A stretch of 64,000 nucleotides of DNA from an uncultured Gemmataceae bacterium (GTDB lineage: Bacteria > Planctomycetota > Planctomycetia > Gemmatales > Gemmataceae), in contig CAVVPN010000011.1 in NCBI GenBank assembly GCA_963750165.1, positions 1,696,001 to 1,760,000 of the forward strand, written 5' to 3'. A program made the translations under genes and the position numbers. The notes below the pieces were generated by a model that was not told where the DNA came from, did no database searches, and saw only the letters and a program-made list of their open reading frames with translations. Numbering within the stretch: position 1 is the stretch's first letter; each line of letters starts with the position of its first letter. This document shows, one piece after another, positions 39,147 through 49,898 of the stretch.

Positions 39147-39533
39147 GCCAGAAACCTCCTGAAAGGCACCAACCCTTCGTGGAATGGCTCAAGAAGGTCA
39201 GGGGACCGACGCGACGTTACAGCAGTGGGCGCCGGAAGGACCGCGCCCGTGGGTGTTGCTCGAAGAGCAACCATTGCGATTGGTGAAGTTGATTGTACCC
39301 CAGTCCAGGCCGACCGCAACCGTTTTCTTCCGTGGTGCAGGCGGCTCGCCCGATCGTGTAACCCAGGAACGTGAACGCCTCTTCCGGCACGCGGCACCCA
39401 TGTAGCCCAGCAGCGAATCGGTCAACCGCAGCAGCCGGAAGGGCCGGTCGGTCGGGCCCAGCTGCAGCGAGAACGCGCCGATGGCCACGCGGACGCGGAC
39501 GATCTCTGAAGGCGGTACTACGAACAAATACCG

Positions 39534-41309
39534 TCACATCCGCTCAATCGTGCGAATGCCCAGCAACTGCAGCCCGCACTGGATGACGCGCGCCGTCAGG
39601 TCGCACAGCAGCAGCCGGCTGCGCTTCAGCTCCGGTGTCGGCGCCTTCAGCACCGGGCAGTTCTGGAAGAAGCCGCTGTACGTCTTCGCCAGGTCCCACA
39701 GATACGACGTGATGGCGCTCGGCTGGCACTCCGCCGCCGCGCTCGCCAGCGCCTCCTCGAAGCGCAGCAGCGCCAGCGCCAGCGCCCGCTCGTGCGGCGT
39801 CTCCAGCAGCGGCCGCGGCGGGTCGGTGCGGTAGGGCGTCACGTCCTCGCCGCCCTTGCGGAAGATGCTGCGGTTCCGCGCGTAGGCGTATTGCATGTAC
39901 GTCGCCGTGTTGCCCTGCATCGCCAGCATCTTGTCAAAGTCGAACTTGTAGTCGGTGGTGCGGTTCTGGCACAGGTCCGCGTACTTCACGGCCCCGATGC
40001 CCACCGCTTCTTCCACCTGCCCCCGTTCTTCGGGCGTCAATTCCGGCACCTCTTCACCTCGGGCAAGGCGGTCTTGCCGTGTCTGCTCGTAAACCTCGGC
40101 GGCCCGCCGCACAGCCTCGTTGAGCAGGTCCATTAACTCGGTGCCGCCGCCCCGCCGCGTCGAGAGCAGTTTGCCGTCCGGTCCCAGCACCGAGCCGAAT
40201 TTGACGTGCTCCAGCTTCACCCGGTCGTAGCCCCACCGCCGCGCCGCTGCGAACAGGTTCTCGAAGTGCAGCGACTGCGGCGTGCCGACCACGTACAGGA
40301 TCTCGTCGGGGTGCCAGTGGTCCAACCGATACTGGATCGTCGCCAAATCACTGGTGGTGTAGGTGAACGCGCCGTCCCGCTTGCGCACCAGGGCCGGCGG
40401 CTTGTTCTCTCCAAAGAAGATCGCCATTGCCCCCTGGCTTTCCTGGGCGATGCCCGCTTGTGCCAGACTGTCCACCACGCCGGCGAGCATCGGCTGGTAA
40501 AAACTCTCGCCGTGGAAGTGGTCGAACTCCACGCCCAGCCGCTGGTAAATGTCGTCGATTTCCTCCCGGCACGGCGGCTCGAACAGCTGCCACAGCCGCA
40601 GGTTTTCCGGATCGCCGGCGTGCAGTTTCGCCGTCTCCTGCCGCACCGCCTCCGCGACCGGGTTGCCGGCGGCCCCCTCGTCCTCCTCGCCCTCGGCCTT
40701 CATGAGCTGCCGCACATGCAGGTACAACCGCAGCAGTTCCCGCAACGGCGCCGCCTGGAACGCCACGTCGTCCCGGAAGTGCTTGTAGCCGTACAGCAGG
40801 ATGCCGAACTGTGTGCCCCAGTCGCCGAGGTGGTTGTCCGCGATGACCGTGTGGCCCAGGAACCGGAACAACCGCTTCAGCGCGTCGCCGATGATCGTGC
40901 TCCGCAGGTGGCCGACGTGCAGCGGCTTGGCCACGTTCGGCGAACTGTAGTCGATCACGATGGTCTTCGCCGGCCGCGCCACGCCGACGCCGAGCCGGTC
41001 GCTCTTCGCCATCACTTGCAGCTGCACCGCCAGCCAGTCGTCCCGTAGCCGCAGGTTGATGAAGCCCGGCCCGGCGACCTCCGGCGCTTGCAGTTCGTCG
41101 CCGAGCGGCAGCCGTTGCACGATCTCCTGCGCAACGTCGCGCGGTTTCTTGCCGAGCATCTTGGCCAGACTCATGGCGCAGTTGGCCTGGTAGTCGCCGT
41201 GCCTGGCGTCCTGCGTTGGCTTGACCATCGCGGCGTACGGCGCCGGGTCCGGCACCAGGCCCGTCAGCGCCTGGGCAACCTTGTCCTGCATCAGCTGCAG
41301 CAGATTCAT
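39534..41309 (-). CDS. argS: Arginine--tRNA ligase
   Basis: GDYQAN, AGPGFIN, DYSSPNVAKPLHVGHLRST, NHLGDWGTQFG, GNTATYMQYAYAR, C-terminal ERM. Confidence 0.97.
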   Translation of the reverse strand: MNLLQLMQDKVAQALTGLVPDPAPYAAMVKPTQDARHGDYQANCAMSLAKMLGKKPRDVAQEIVQRLPLGDELQAPEVAGPGFINLRLRDDWLAVQLQVMAKSDRLGVGVARPAKTIVIDYSSPNVAKPLHVGHLRSTIIGDALKRLFRFLGHTVIADNHLGDWGTQFGILLYGYKHFRDDVAFQAAPLRELLRLYLHVRQLMKAEGEEDEGAAGNPVAEAVRQETAKLHAGDPENLRLWQLFEPPCREEIDDIYQRLGVEFDHFHGESFYQPMLAGVVDSLAQAGIAQESQGAMAIFFGENKPPALVRKRDGAFTYTTSDLATIQYRLDHWHPDEILYVVGTPQSLHFENLFAAARRWGYDRVKLEHVKFGSVLGPDGKLLSTRRGGGTELMDLLNEAVRRAAEVYEQTRQDRLARGEEVPELTPEERGQVEEAVGIGAVKYADLCQNRTTDYKFDFDKMLAMQGNTATYMQYAYARNRSIFRKGGEDVTPYRTDPPRPLLETPHERALALALLRFEEALASAAAECQPSAITSYLWDLAKTYSGFFQNCPVLKAPTPELKRSRLLLCDLTARVIQCGLQLLGIRTIERM

Positions 41310-41437
41310 GATGGCACCGAATCGGCGAATTTGTGTATCAGTTTGGTTAATTCCCCGTGCCACGGGGAACACAAACCCCCGGGCGCTCGGCCAAGCGCCG
41401 GGGGTCATGTTAGAAAACCTGGAAATCCGCGGCACCG

Positions 41438-41821
41438 TCACGCCCAGGGCACCTTGGGGGCGTCGGCCCACAGATCCTCCAGGGAGTAGTATTCGCGCGA
41501 ATCCTGGTCGAACACATGGACCACGATGTCGCCATAGTCCTGCACCACCCACTTGCCGGCCTCGTAGCCCTCGATTGACAGACGGGTTTCTCCCTCGGCG
41601 CGCATGGCGTCGTCAATCTCTTCGGTGATCGTGTGGATTTGCCGGCGACTCAGGCCGGTGACGAGGATGAAGAAGTCATACAGGGGGGTGATGGCCCGCA
41701 TGTCGAGGATGACCACATTGCGGCCTTTGTTGTCCTCGGCCACCCGGGCACAGTTACGGGCGCGTTCGATTGCCACCGCCGCACGTGCGGCCGGTACTTG
41801 TCTCGCGATTGCGCTGCTCAA
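41438..41821 (-). CDS. rsfS: Ribosome silencing factor
   Basis: DNKGRNVVILD, WVVQDYGDIVVHVF, REYYSLEDLWADA; TTG start inferred from SD ggagg. Confidence 0.92.
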   Translation of the reverse strand: MSSAIARQVPAARAAVAIERARNCARVAEDNKGRNVVILDMRAITPLYDFFILVTGLSRRQIHTITEEIDDAMRAEGETRLSIEGYEAGKWVVQDYGDIVVHVFDQDSREYYSLEDLWADAPKVPWA

Positions 41822-42405
41822 AGGACCTCCTTCCGCCGTTGCGCTGCGGGTCTGGAGGTCGGGGCACCTGAGCCCCGCCGCGATCGCATTGTGCAATGAA
41901 TCGCCGTTGGTCACCTCCAGGCCTGAGCTAGATTCAAGCCCACCGTTTGCAGGAAGAAACCCACCCGGCCATCCGTCGATGGCCGTCTTCAGGCATCATC
42001 CTTCATCGGAAGACCGCCGTCAAGCAGTCAATGGCAAAACGCATTCCGATTCCTCCCCAACAGCGCCGCCCCGACGCCGCAGCCTCGTCACAATCCGCGT
42101 AAAGCGCCCGTCATGGAACACGTCCCTCCGCGAACTCCACCATGACACTACGAGCCCCCGGCGTGTTCACGCGCCGGGTGAGATTTGTCGAAACCTTGCC
42201 TTTCCTGCCTGCGTCACGTTTCCTTCATATTGTACACACGGCGCGACTGGGAAAAGCGGGAAATTGGCCGTTTCGTGCCGCTCGCCTCAACCCAGCGGCA
42301 CGAAACGCCACCTGAACCAGCTGCAGCCGGGCCAACGTTGCAGGGCCGGTTTTGCCGATAATAGCGAAGAGGATCGCGCTGGGTTCGGAAGTGAAAGGAG
42401 CAGCG

Positions 42406-42762
42406 ATGGCCGGCAAACGTCTGTGGCGGGCGGCGCTGGGGTTGGCGTTGGGGGCGGTGCTGCTGATACCCTCCCAGGCGCTGGCCGGGCCATACTTCGG
42501 CGAGTGGGGCCTGTTCTGGCACCAGGCGAAGGACTGCCCGCACGGCGTCTATTCGCCGCTGCACTACTGGGCGCCGCGGCTCTTCTACCTGCGGGCGTTC
42601 TTCCACCCTTCGTACCTGGACCAGTATCCGCCGGGCCCCAGTCCGGCGCCTCCGGTCAACTTTGAAGACCACCGCTACCCCTGTCGCTCGCTGCCGCCGA
42701 CACCCACCAGTCCGTACGCCTACCCGTCCGAGTATTTCGGCCGGCAGATTGCGCCACCGTGA
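42406..42762 (+). CDS. Small secreted Pro/Tyr-rich hypothetical protein
   Basis: SD aaggag, signal peptide (SQALA), YSPLHYWAP. Confidence 0.65.
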   Translation: MAGKRLWRAALGLALGAVLLIPSQALAGPYFGEWGLFWHQAKDCPHGVYSPLHYWAPRLFYLRAFFHPSYLDQYPPGPSPAPPVNFEDHRYPCRSLPPTPTSPYAYPSEYFGRQIAPP

Positions 42763-42763
42763 G

Positions 42764-42836
42764 GATGAAGGGGTGAAGGGGTGAGGGGGTGAAAGACAAC
42801 GGCTCTTTCACCCCCTCACCCCTTCACCCCTTCATC
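42764..42836. repeat. Perfect 33-bp inverted repeat built from an octamer (GGTGAAGG)n
   Basis: gatgaaggggtgaaggggtgagggggtgaaaga-7nt-exact reverse complement; fills the gap between convergent stops. Confidence 0.9.
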
Positions 42837-42837
42837 T

Positions 42838-44179
42838 TTAGTTGTGCCGCAGCGCCTCAATCGGATCCAGGCGCGATGCCCGGCGCGGGATACCAGCCGA
42901 ACAGCACGCCGACGCCGATGGCCACGCCCAGCGACAGGAAGATCGAACCGACATCCAGCTTGGCCGGCATGTTCATTTTCGACACCAGTCGCACGAACCA
43001 CGGCACGCCGAACACTGTTACCAGCCCCAGCAGCGTGCCCAGCAGGCCGCCGATGCTCGTCTGCACCACCGCCTCAATGATGAACTGCAACGTGATGTCG
43101 CGGCGCTTGGCTCCCAGCGCCCGCCGGATGCCAATCTCGCGCGTCCGCTCCGTCACCGTCGCCAGCATGATGTTCATGATGCCGATACCGCCGACCACCA
43201 GCGAGATCGACGCGATCACGAACAGCAGGACGTTCATGCGGTCGCGGGCCCGCTCCGCCTCCTCCAGCCGGTCCAGCGGCACGATTACCCGCCAGTCCTT
43301 CTTGATGTGATTCCTTTCGATCAGGCTGCGCACCGCGTCGCCAGTGATACGCACCTTCTCGATGTCCGAAACCGTTAGCGTGATCTGGTGCAGCTGCACC
43401 TGTTCGCCGGTGCGGCTGCCGCCCTGGCGGATGATGACCTTTTCGCCGTAACGCACCTGGCACGTCTTGATGGGGATGTACACGTCCTTGTTGAAGTCCT
43501 CCGACGAGCCGCCGCCACCGCTGCGCGCACGCCGCTCGTCGATCACGCCGACGATCACGTATTGCTCCTTGTTGATCACGACGGACTTGCCGATAGCGTC
43601 TTCCAGGGGGAACAACGCCTCGGCCACCGTCGCCCCGAGCACGACCACGGTGCGTAAGCGCTGGTCGTCACCCTCGTCCAACTGGTTATCGCCGTCCACC
43701 AGGAAGCGGCCGGCGGCCATCTTGAAGTGGTTGATTTTGGCGTAGTTATCGGTGGTGCCCACCAGCCGGGCGTTGATCGACTTCTCCAGGTTGCGGATCT
43801 CCTGCGGGAAGACGCGCATCGGCACCGAGCTGATCACCGTGTCCAGTTTGTCCAACCGCTTGTAGTCGTCCCAGGTCAGGCCGTACGGCACGATCCAGGC
43901 CCGCGACTGGGCGGTCGTCTCGTCCACGGGCTTGACGCTCTCGACGATGATGTTGGTGGTGCCCTGCTGACGGATGTCTTCCAGGGCGTCTTCCATGCTG
44001 CCCTTGCCGAAGGCCATCAGGATAATGACCGCCGCGGTGCCGATGATGATGCCCAGCACCGACAGCACCGCCCGCAGCTTGTGCAGCCACAGACTGCGCA
44101 GCGCCAGCACGAAGCCGCTGCGGTACTTCATCCAGGTGACGGCGGCGTGGTCCAGGTAGGATCGGAAGGTGGTGGTCAT
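42838..44179 (-). CDS. MacB-type ABC transporter permease (apparent frameshift near 3' end)
   Basis: LSVLGIIIG, SLVVGGIGIMNIMLATVTERTREIGIRRALGA; canonical tail RASRLDPIEALRHN* lies in another frame after ~42885. Confidence 0.9.
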
Positions 44180-44257
44180 GGTGCTCTCTGGTCAGAGCCC
44201 AAGCGCCAGCGCGGGGTAGCGTCCGCCCCGCGCTGGCGCTCGGGCTCGGAAAGAAGA

Positions 44258-45025
44258 TCAACGCGGCGCCGGTGGGCTGACGATGAGTTCGGTGGACGCC
44301 GGCGCGGGCAGGGACGGGGCGACGGCCGGCGGTTCGGTGTCGTTGCGCATGTCCGATTCCACGTGGCCGTCGCGCATGCGCACCATGCGGCGGGCCCAGG
44401 CGGCGATGTCGTTCTCGTGCGTGACCATGATGATGGTCTTGCCGGTCTGGTTCAACTTGCGCAACAGCCGCATGATCTCGTCGCTGGTGTGCGAGTCGAG
44501 GTTGCCGGTCGGCTCGTCCGCCAAAATGACGTGCGGATCGTTGACCAGGCTGCGGGCAATGGCCACGCGCTGCTGCTGGCCGCCGGACAGCTGCGTCGGC
44601 CGGTGGTCCAGCCGCGAACCCAGGCCGACCATCTCCGCCAGGGCGATGCAGCGCTGCGTCGTCTCCTCGGTCAGGCGGATGCCCTGGTACAGCAGCGGAA
44701 TCTCAATGTTCTCCACCACCGTGTACTGCGGCAGCAAATTGTACGACTGGAAGATGAAGCCGATGTACTTGCTGCGCACCTCCGAGAGTTGATCGTCTTC
44801 CATGTGGGCAACATCCTCGCCGCCGAGGAAGTACTGGCCGCTGGTGCAGCGGTCCAGGCAGCCGAGCAGGTTCAGCAGCGTCGATTTGCCCGAGCCGGAC
44901 GGCCCCATCAGCGCGATGAAGTCGCCCTCGTCGAAGGTCAGCGTCACGCCGTTCAGCGCCGGCACGACAACCTCTTCCATGTGATAATTCTTGACCAGGT
45001 TCACGACCTCTGCGATGGCGCCCAT
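44258..45025 (-). CDS. ABC transporter ATP-binding protein (LolD/MacB-like)
   Basis: GPSGSGKST, LSGGQQQRVAIAR, ADEPTGNLD, VTH. Confidence 0.95.
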   Translation of the reverse strand: MGAIAEVVNLVKNYHMEEVVVPALNGVTLTFDEGDFIALMGPSGSGKSTLLNLLGCLDRCTSGQYFLGGEDVAHMEDDQLSEVRSKYIGFIFQSYNLLPQYTVVENIEIPLLYQGIRLTEETTQRCIALAEMVGLGSRLDHRPTQLSGGQQQRVAIARSLVNDPHVILADEPTGNLDSHTSDEIMRLLRKLNQTGKTIIMVTHENDIAAWARRMVRMRDGHVESDMRNDTEPPAVAPSLPAPASTELIVSPPAPR

Positions 45026-45124
45026 ACCGGATGCTTCCTCTTCGGGAGTGTTCCGCGTGGTGCTGCTGCTCGCGGCCCGGCGCTTCCGCCAGGCCGCGAG
45101 CAGCAGAAAACCTGCTGCCAACCG

Positions 45125-47200
45125 TTACGCCTCGCTCCGCTCCAGGCGGCGGAGCAGCGGCGTGGGCAAGGCCAGCCGAGCTGTCTCCGTCGGCAACGCC
45201 TCCGGCCGGCGCAGCCAACCCGCCTGATTCGGCGCGGCCTTGTTGCCGCCTGGCGGGCCACCGCCAGGGGCCACGGCCTTGCCGTCCTTCTTCGGCGGGA
45301 TGACGCCTGGTGCGGCGCCCTTGAGACCGCCGCCCTTCTTGCCGTCGCCGCCGTAGCCACCCGGGCCGCCCGGGCCGCCCTTGCCGCGCGGCCGGCCCAC
45401 CCGCAGGCCGTTCTCATCGTCCTTGATGAGCGAACTCGGGTCCAGGACGATCTTGTCGCCCTCCTTCAGGCCCGACTTGACTTCCACGTCGCGCTCGTTG
45501 CTCAGGCCGATCTGGATGGCCCGTTTCTCAGGGAAGCCGGCCTCGTTGATGACGAAGACGTGCCGGTCGGCGCCCGAGTTGATGGTACCGATCACCGACT
45601 GGATCGGCACCAACAGAACGGGATCCTTGGTTTCCTCGGCCACGATGGTCACCTCCGCGGACATGCCAGGTTTCAGGCCCGTCATCTTGGTGTCGATGGA
45701 CACCAGGGTCTTGTAAACCTTCACGTCGGAGGAGAACCAGTCCTGCTGCGAGGCGACCGTGTCCACCACCTTGACGTGGCCCGGGAGCAACTGCGCCGGG
45801 AAGGCGTCCACCTTGATGGAGGCGTGCTGCCAGCTGCTCTTGTTCTCCTTGTCCGCGCTGTGCAGGTGCCGCACGAACGCCTCGGGGACACGGACGTTGA
45901 CCATCATCTTGTCCAGGTCGGGGATCTGCATCATCTTCTGGTTCTCGCGCACCGGCTCGCCCTGGGCGACGATGGACTGCTGCGTGCCGCCACCGCCGCG
46001 CACCTGCTCGGGCACATAGTACACCAGCAGGCCGTCCTGCGGCGCCCGCACCGTACACTTGGCGATCTCACTGAGGATTTCCATCTGCCGATCCAGATCC
46101 TGCCGATACAGCGACGTCTTCTCCTTGCGCACGGCCTCGGCCTGGATCATCTTGGAACGCGCCAGGAGTTCCGCCTTGCGCAGGTCACGTTGCTTCTCGT
46201 TCTGCTTGCTGGTCAAATCCTGGATGGTGCGCGGCTTGATGTACTTCTCCAGCACGCGCTGCTCCTCCTCGACCTTCTGCAGGGCGATGCGCGAACCCTC
46301 CTCGCGGTCCTTGTCGGCGTCGGCCTGGACCTTGCTCATCAGGCCCTTCTTCCACATGCGATTCGACCAGGCGGACCGCTCCTTCCAGCTAATCAGGTCT
46401 GACTTGGCCGTCTCCATGCGGCCCTCCACGTCCTTGCGGGCCTGCTCGTAATCGCCCTCGATGTACTTCTTCAGGTCGATCTTGGCCAACTCGTAGGCAT
46501 TCCGCTTCACTTCGATGTCGGTCTCGTTCTCCAGTTCCTGGATGCGGTAGTCCTGCTCGGCCTTGATCATCAGGGACATGGACGTTTCCACCGCCTGGTT
46601 CTTGTCCTTGAGCTGCTCCTGCAGGCCGGACGACTCCAGTTCCATGATGACCTCGCCCTCGCTTTTCGGCTTGCCGTACGTGGCCACGATGGCCGGCGTC
46701 AGCGGGCCGCCGCCCACGGTGGGGATGCTCCACTGGAGCAGGCCGCGCGCGAAGTCGGCGATCTGGTCGTGCTTCCACTTCGGCCCCTTGATGTAGGAAC
46801 CGGCCTCCACCAGTGAGCGGATGGTGGTGGCGGTGGTGCTGTTGGTGGTGCGCGGCTTGACGGTGCAGTAGATGTCGCCGTTCTTGGCCGACTCCAGGGT
46901 ACCGCGGGCCACGATGGTGACCTTGAGCCGCTCCTTGCGGACGGTGGCCGTCAGCCCGGTGTAGGGCGAGCGGCCGAAGATGACGCCCGTCCAGGACAGC
47001 GTGCCCACCACCCCGCCCACCAGGACAAGGGTGACCAGCACCAGGGTGACGATCCTGCGCCGCCTACTCCAGCCCTGCTTGGGCCGCGGTGGGCGGGAGG
47101 AGGACGGCGGGATGGTACTCAAGCGAGACTGCGGTTCCCCGTTGGTTACCGGGGACTGGGAGCTGGGGGGGGAGGAGCCGGGGGGTTGGGAGGAGCTCAT
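45125..47200 (-). CDS. MacA-like periplasmic adaptor with long coiled coil
   Basis: N-terminal TM, VRAPQDG, LKPGMSAEV, LLVPIQSV, SGLKEGD; start inferred from SD ggag. Confidence 0.88.
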   Translation of the reverse strand: MSSSQPPGSSPPSSQSPVTNGEPQSRLSTIPPSSSRPPRPKQGWSRRRRIVTLVLVTLVLVGGVVGTLSWTGVIFGRSPYTGLTATVRKERLKVTIVARGTLESAKNGDIYCTVKPRTTNSTTATTIRSLVEAGSYIKGPKWKHDQIADFARGLLQWSIPTVGGGPLTPAIVATYGKPKSEGEVIMELESSGLQEQLKDKNQAVETSMSLMIKAEQDYRIQELENETDIEVKRNAYELAKIDLKKYIEGDYEQARKDVEGRMETAKSDLISWKERSAWSNRMWKKGLMSKVQADADKDREEGSRIALQKVEEEQRVLEKYIKPRTIQDLTSKQNEKQRDLRKAELLARSKMIQAEAVRKEKTSLYRQDLDRQMEILSEIAKCTVRAPQDGLLVYYVPEQVRGGGGTQQSIVAQGEPVRENQKMMQIPDLDKMMVNVRVPEAFVRHLHSADKENKSSWQHASIKVDAFPAQLLPGHVKVVDTVASQQDWFSSDVKVYKTLVSIDTKMTGLKPGMSAEVTIVAEETKDPVLLVPIQSVIGTINSGADRHVFVINEAGFPEKRAIQIGLSNERDVEVKSGLKEGDKIVLDPSSLIKDDENGLRVGRPRGKGGPGGPGGYGGDGKKGGGLKGAAPGVIPPKKDGKAVAPGGGPPGGNKAAPNQAGWLRRPEALPTETARLALPTPLLRRLERSEA

Positions 47201-49898
47201 CGGATGCAGGTCTCCATTGATCGCCGGGCACGGGCTGTCCCAGGGACGCCCCGGGGGCAGCACAGCTGGAGCAATCGGTTACGTCGGCTAATTCGTCAAT
47301 CCAGACGCCGCGGGCGTCCAGGGGCAGGCGCTCGAGGTCGAGGAACATTTCCATGCGCGTGGCAAGGAAACTGAGCCAGAGGTCGTACATCTTGGTCTGG
47401 GCACCGTTCAGGTTGCCCAGGGCTTGCAGGTACTGGTTCGTCAGGGCGGCGGCGTTGGCGGCTGAAGCGGGACCGAGTTGGCTGGGATCGGCCGGGGCCA
47501 CGATGACTTCCAGGGCGTTTTCCACCTGGTTGTAGTACGACTCCAGCACCTTCTGTTGGATTTTATAGTTCGCGGCGAACAATTGCAACTGGCGAACGTC
47601 AAATCTTACCTGGGCGGCAATGTTATCTTCCAGGCTCATCAGGTTGCGCCGTGCGCGCTGGTAGTTGATGAGCGCGGTGCGGTAGGTGATCTGCTCGACC
47701 TTGCGAACGAGCGGCAGGGCGGCGTTGAACGTCAGCGAGGCGCTGGTCCGCGACGGCGCGAAGGCGAACGGCAGCGACCGGCCCGCCGGCGTCGAACTGC
47801 TCAGGTTGCCGGCGACGTTGAAAATGCCCAGCAGGGCGTTGGCCGTCACCCGCAGCTGTCGCCAGGCGTCCACCACCTGGGCGCGGGCGTTCATCAGATC
47901 GACGCGGTTGCTCAGGGCGTACCTGACCGCCTCCTCCTGCGCCTTGTCCACATTGGCGGTGACCAGATCGAGGCCGTTCAGGCACACTTTCGGCTGTTCC
48001 GGCCAGTTGCGACCGACGGCCTCGAAGCGGTCGTTGCGCGCCCAGGCCAGCATCAGGCCGGCGGAGTACAGGACCAGGCGGAACGTCTTGAGCCGGTCCT
48101 GCCGCCGCTTCACCTCGTCCTTGATGTTCTTCCACGGCTCGCCCTCGTAGAAGCGCAGATCCTTTTCCAGGGTGCCCACCTGGCCGAGGAAATCCACCTC
48201 GGTGAGTCGGGCGGCGTCCTGCGGCGACATCGCTATTTTCTTGACATCCAGGTCCGTCTTGAGGTCGAGCAGCTTGCTGCGCTCCAGGGCCAGCTTCTGC
48301 TGCCGCTCGGTCAGCTGCTTGTCGGTCAGTTTGGTTTTCTCCACGGCGTCCAGGGCGCGCCCGATGTTCTTCTGGAAGTCCGTTCCCTTGACTAACGCAT
48401 CCGAAGTGAACAACTTGCGCAGGAAAACGCGAAGTTGCGCCGGCGGCAGCGCGTCCTGTTTCTCGACCTCCTTGTAAGCGGCGTCGGCCTCGGCCAGAAT
48501 GTCGTAATAGGCGTCCAGCTGCCTGGTGACCGGCCGGCCGGGCGAATCGTCGAGCACCAGCGGCACGTTGGTGGGGATGCCCAGTTGCAGCTTGAACTGG
48601 TCCTTGGCGTTGGTCATGTCCTGGTAGTCCTTCAGGACGGCGTTGCGGGCATTGAGCAGGGTGCTGGTAACCTGCATGACCTGCAGCGGCGAGACCTGGC
48701 CGCCTTCCTCGAAGCCCTCGAAGAGCTTGAGCGACTTCTCCAGGTCGCGGACGTACTTGGTATCGACGGCCAGGTCGAACTCACGGTAGAGCGACGGCAG
48801 GTAGCCGCGGAACTCGCCGGCCACGTCGGTGCTGGCGACGCCCAGGGTGGCCAGCGTCGAGATGGCCGTGTTGCCGGTGACGCTGACCGCCGCCTCCAGC
48901 GACGCGGGCGGTACCGTGCCCAGGGCGATGGACAGGTAGAACTGCCGGCGGTAGCGGGAGTACGCGCGGATGTCGTAGACAAGGGTGCGCTCGACCTGGG
49001 TGAGCGGCTCCAGGGTGACAGCCCGGCCGCCGCCGCGCAGCAACGGTTGCACGATGTCGAGGTTCACGGTCGAGACGCTGGTGGTGTGCGGGCCGACGCC
49101 GAGGAAATTGATGACGGTGTTGTTGGCGAAGGCGGCGGTGAGCAGGGCGCCGGTGCTGAACAGCTTGCTGAAGCCGCCAGCCGTGCTGACGTTCCAGTTG
49201 TTGGTGTGGCCCAGCGGCGACAGCGGGCCGGCCCAGTTGCGCATGGCGTCCTCGGTGGCGGAGAACTGGTAGACGAAGCTGAAGCGCTGCAGCGCCACCG
49301 GCAGGGAGTTCAGATACAGATCCTCGCGGATGAACTGGTATTCGCGGCTGTTGATGAGACCGAGTTCGACGGTCTGGTCGAGCTTGAGCAGGAAGCCGGT
49401 GCGCTCGGCATACAGGGGCAGGTCAAAGATGGTCTGCAGGGGCGCCCGGGTGATGTCGGCGGGGTTGGTGGGCCGGGCGGGGCCATCCTTCTCGCGCTGC
49501 TCGCGGTTCTGGCCGTCCCAGATCTTGAGCATTTCCACATAGGCGGTGCCGTACACGTTGCCGACGCCCGCGGGGTAGGGCTGTTGCGGGTGCGGCGTGA
49601 CGCGGTAGGTGTAGTCGTCATCGGTCGGCATCGGCGGCCGATCCGGGTTGGTCGGGTCGGCGAAGCGGGCGCGCTGGTCCGGGTAAACGTGGTACTGTTC
49701 GATCTTCCACAGCAGCGGCGACTGCTTGTCCTTTTCGGCCAGGATGTCGTTAACTTCCTTGTCCTCGCACTTGCGGTAGTAGGCGCGCGTACAGCCGCTC
49801 AGGACGATGAGGACCAGCGCGAGCAACGCCAGGCTGAGCAGATAACGGCTCAAGGGGAAAAGCTGGCGAGACTGGGAGGTTAGCGCGCGATCTTCCAT
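47064..49898 (-). CDS. Large TolC-family outer-membrane lipoprotein (planctomycete type)
   Basis: Lipobox LSGC, NSREYQ, QPLLRGGGR, ALSNRVDLMNARAQVVD; tail overlaps the next gene. Confidence 0.82.
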   Translation of the reverse strand: MEDRALTSQSRQLFPLSRYLLSLALLALVLIVLSGCTRAYYRKCEDKEVNDILAEKDKQSPLLWKIEQYHVYPDQRARFADPTNPDRPPMPTDDDYTYRVTPHPQQPYPAGVGNVYGTAYVEMLKIWDGQNREQREKDGPARPTNPADITRAPLQTIFDLPLYAERTGFLLKLDQTVELGLINSREYQFIREDLYLNSLPVALQRFSFVYQFSATEDAMRNWAGPLSPLGHTNNWNVSTAGGFSKLFSTGALLTAAFANNTVINFLGVGPHTTSVSTVNLDIVQPLLRGGGRAVTLEPLTQVERTLVYDIRAYSRYRRQFYLSIALGTVPPASLEAAVSVTGNTAISTLATLGVASTDVAGEFRGYLPSLYREFDLAVDTKYVRDLEKSLKLFEGFEEGGQVSPLQVMQVTSTLLNARNAVLKDYQDMTNAKDQFKLQLGIPTNVPLVLDDSPGRPVTRQLDAYYDILAEADAAYKEVEKQDALPPAQLRVFLRKLFTSDALVKGTDFQKNIGRALDAVEKTKLTDKQLTERQQKLALERSKLLDLKTDLDVKKIAMSPQDAARLTEVDFLGQVGTLEKDLRFYEGEPWKNIKDEVKRRQDRLKTFRLVLYSAGLMLAWARNDRFEAVGRNWPEQPKVCLNGLDLVTANVDKAQEEAVRYALSNRVDLMNARAQVVDAWRQLRVTANALLGIFNVAGNLSSSTPAGRSLPFAFAPSRTSASLTFNAALPLVRKVEQITYRTALINYQRARRNLMSLEDNIAAQVRFDVRQLQLFAANYKIQQKVLESYYNQVENALEVIVAPADPSQLGPASAANAAALTNQYLQALGNLNGAQTKMYDLWLSFLATRMEMFLDLERLPLDARGVWIDELADVTDCSSCAAPGASLGQPVPGDQWRPASDELLPTPRLLPPQLPVPGNQRGTAVSLEYHPAVLLPPTAAQAGLE

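Noticed and set aside
41830..41970. 6S RNA upstream of rsfS
   Set aside because: Has a long stem but lacks a convincing central bubble with matching CTTGAAC/GTTCAAG arms; kept only as a candidate leader
43727..46402. Long antisense ORFs (also 1400-3229, 29082-30716, 49908-51782 and others)
   Set aside because: Shadow frames of well-supported genes in high-GC DNA, no recognisable motifs
47064..47200. Frameshift at the TolC/adaptor overlap
   Set aside because: The overlap encodes low-complexity tails in both frames and needs no indel to explain it
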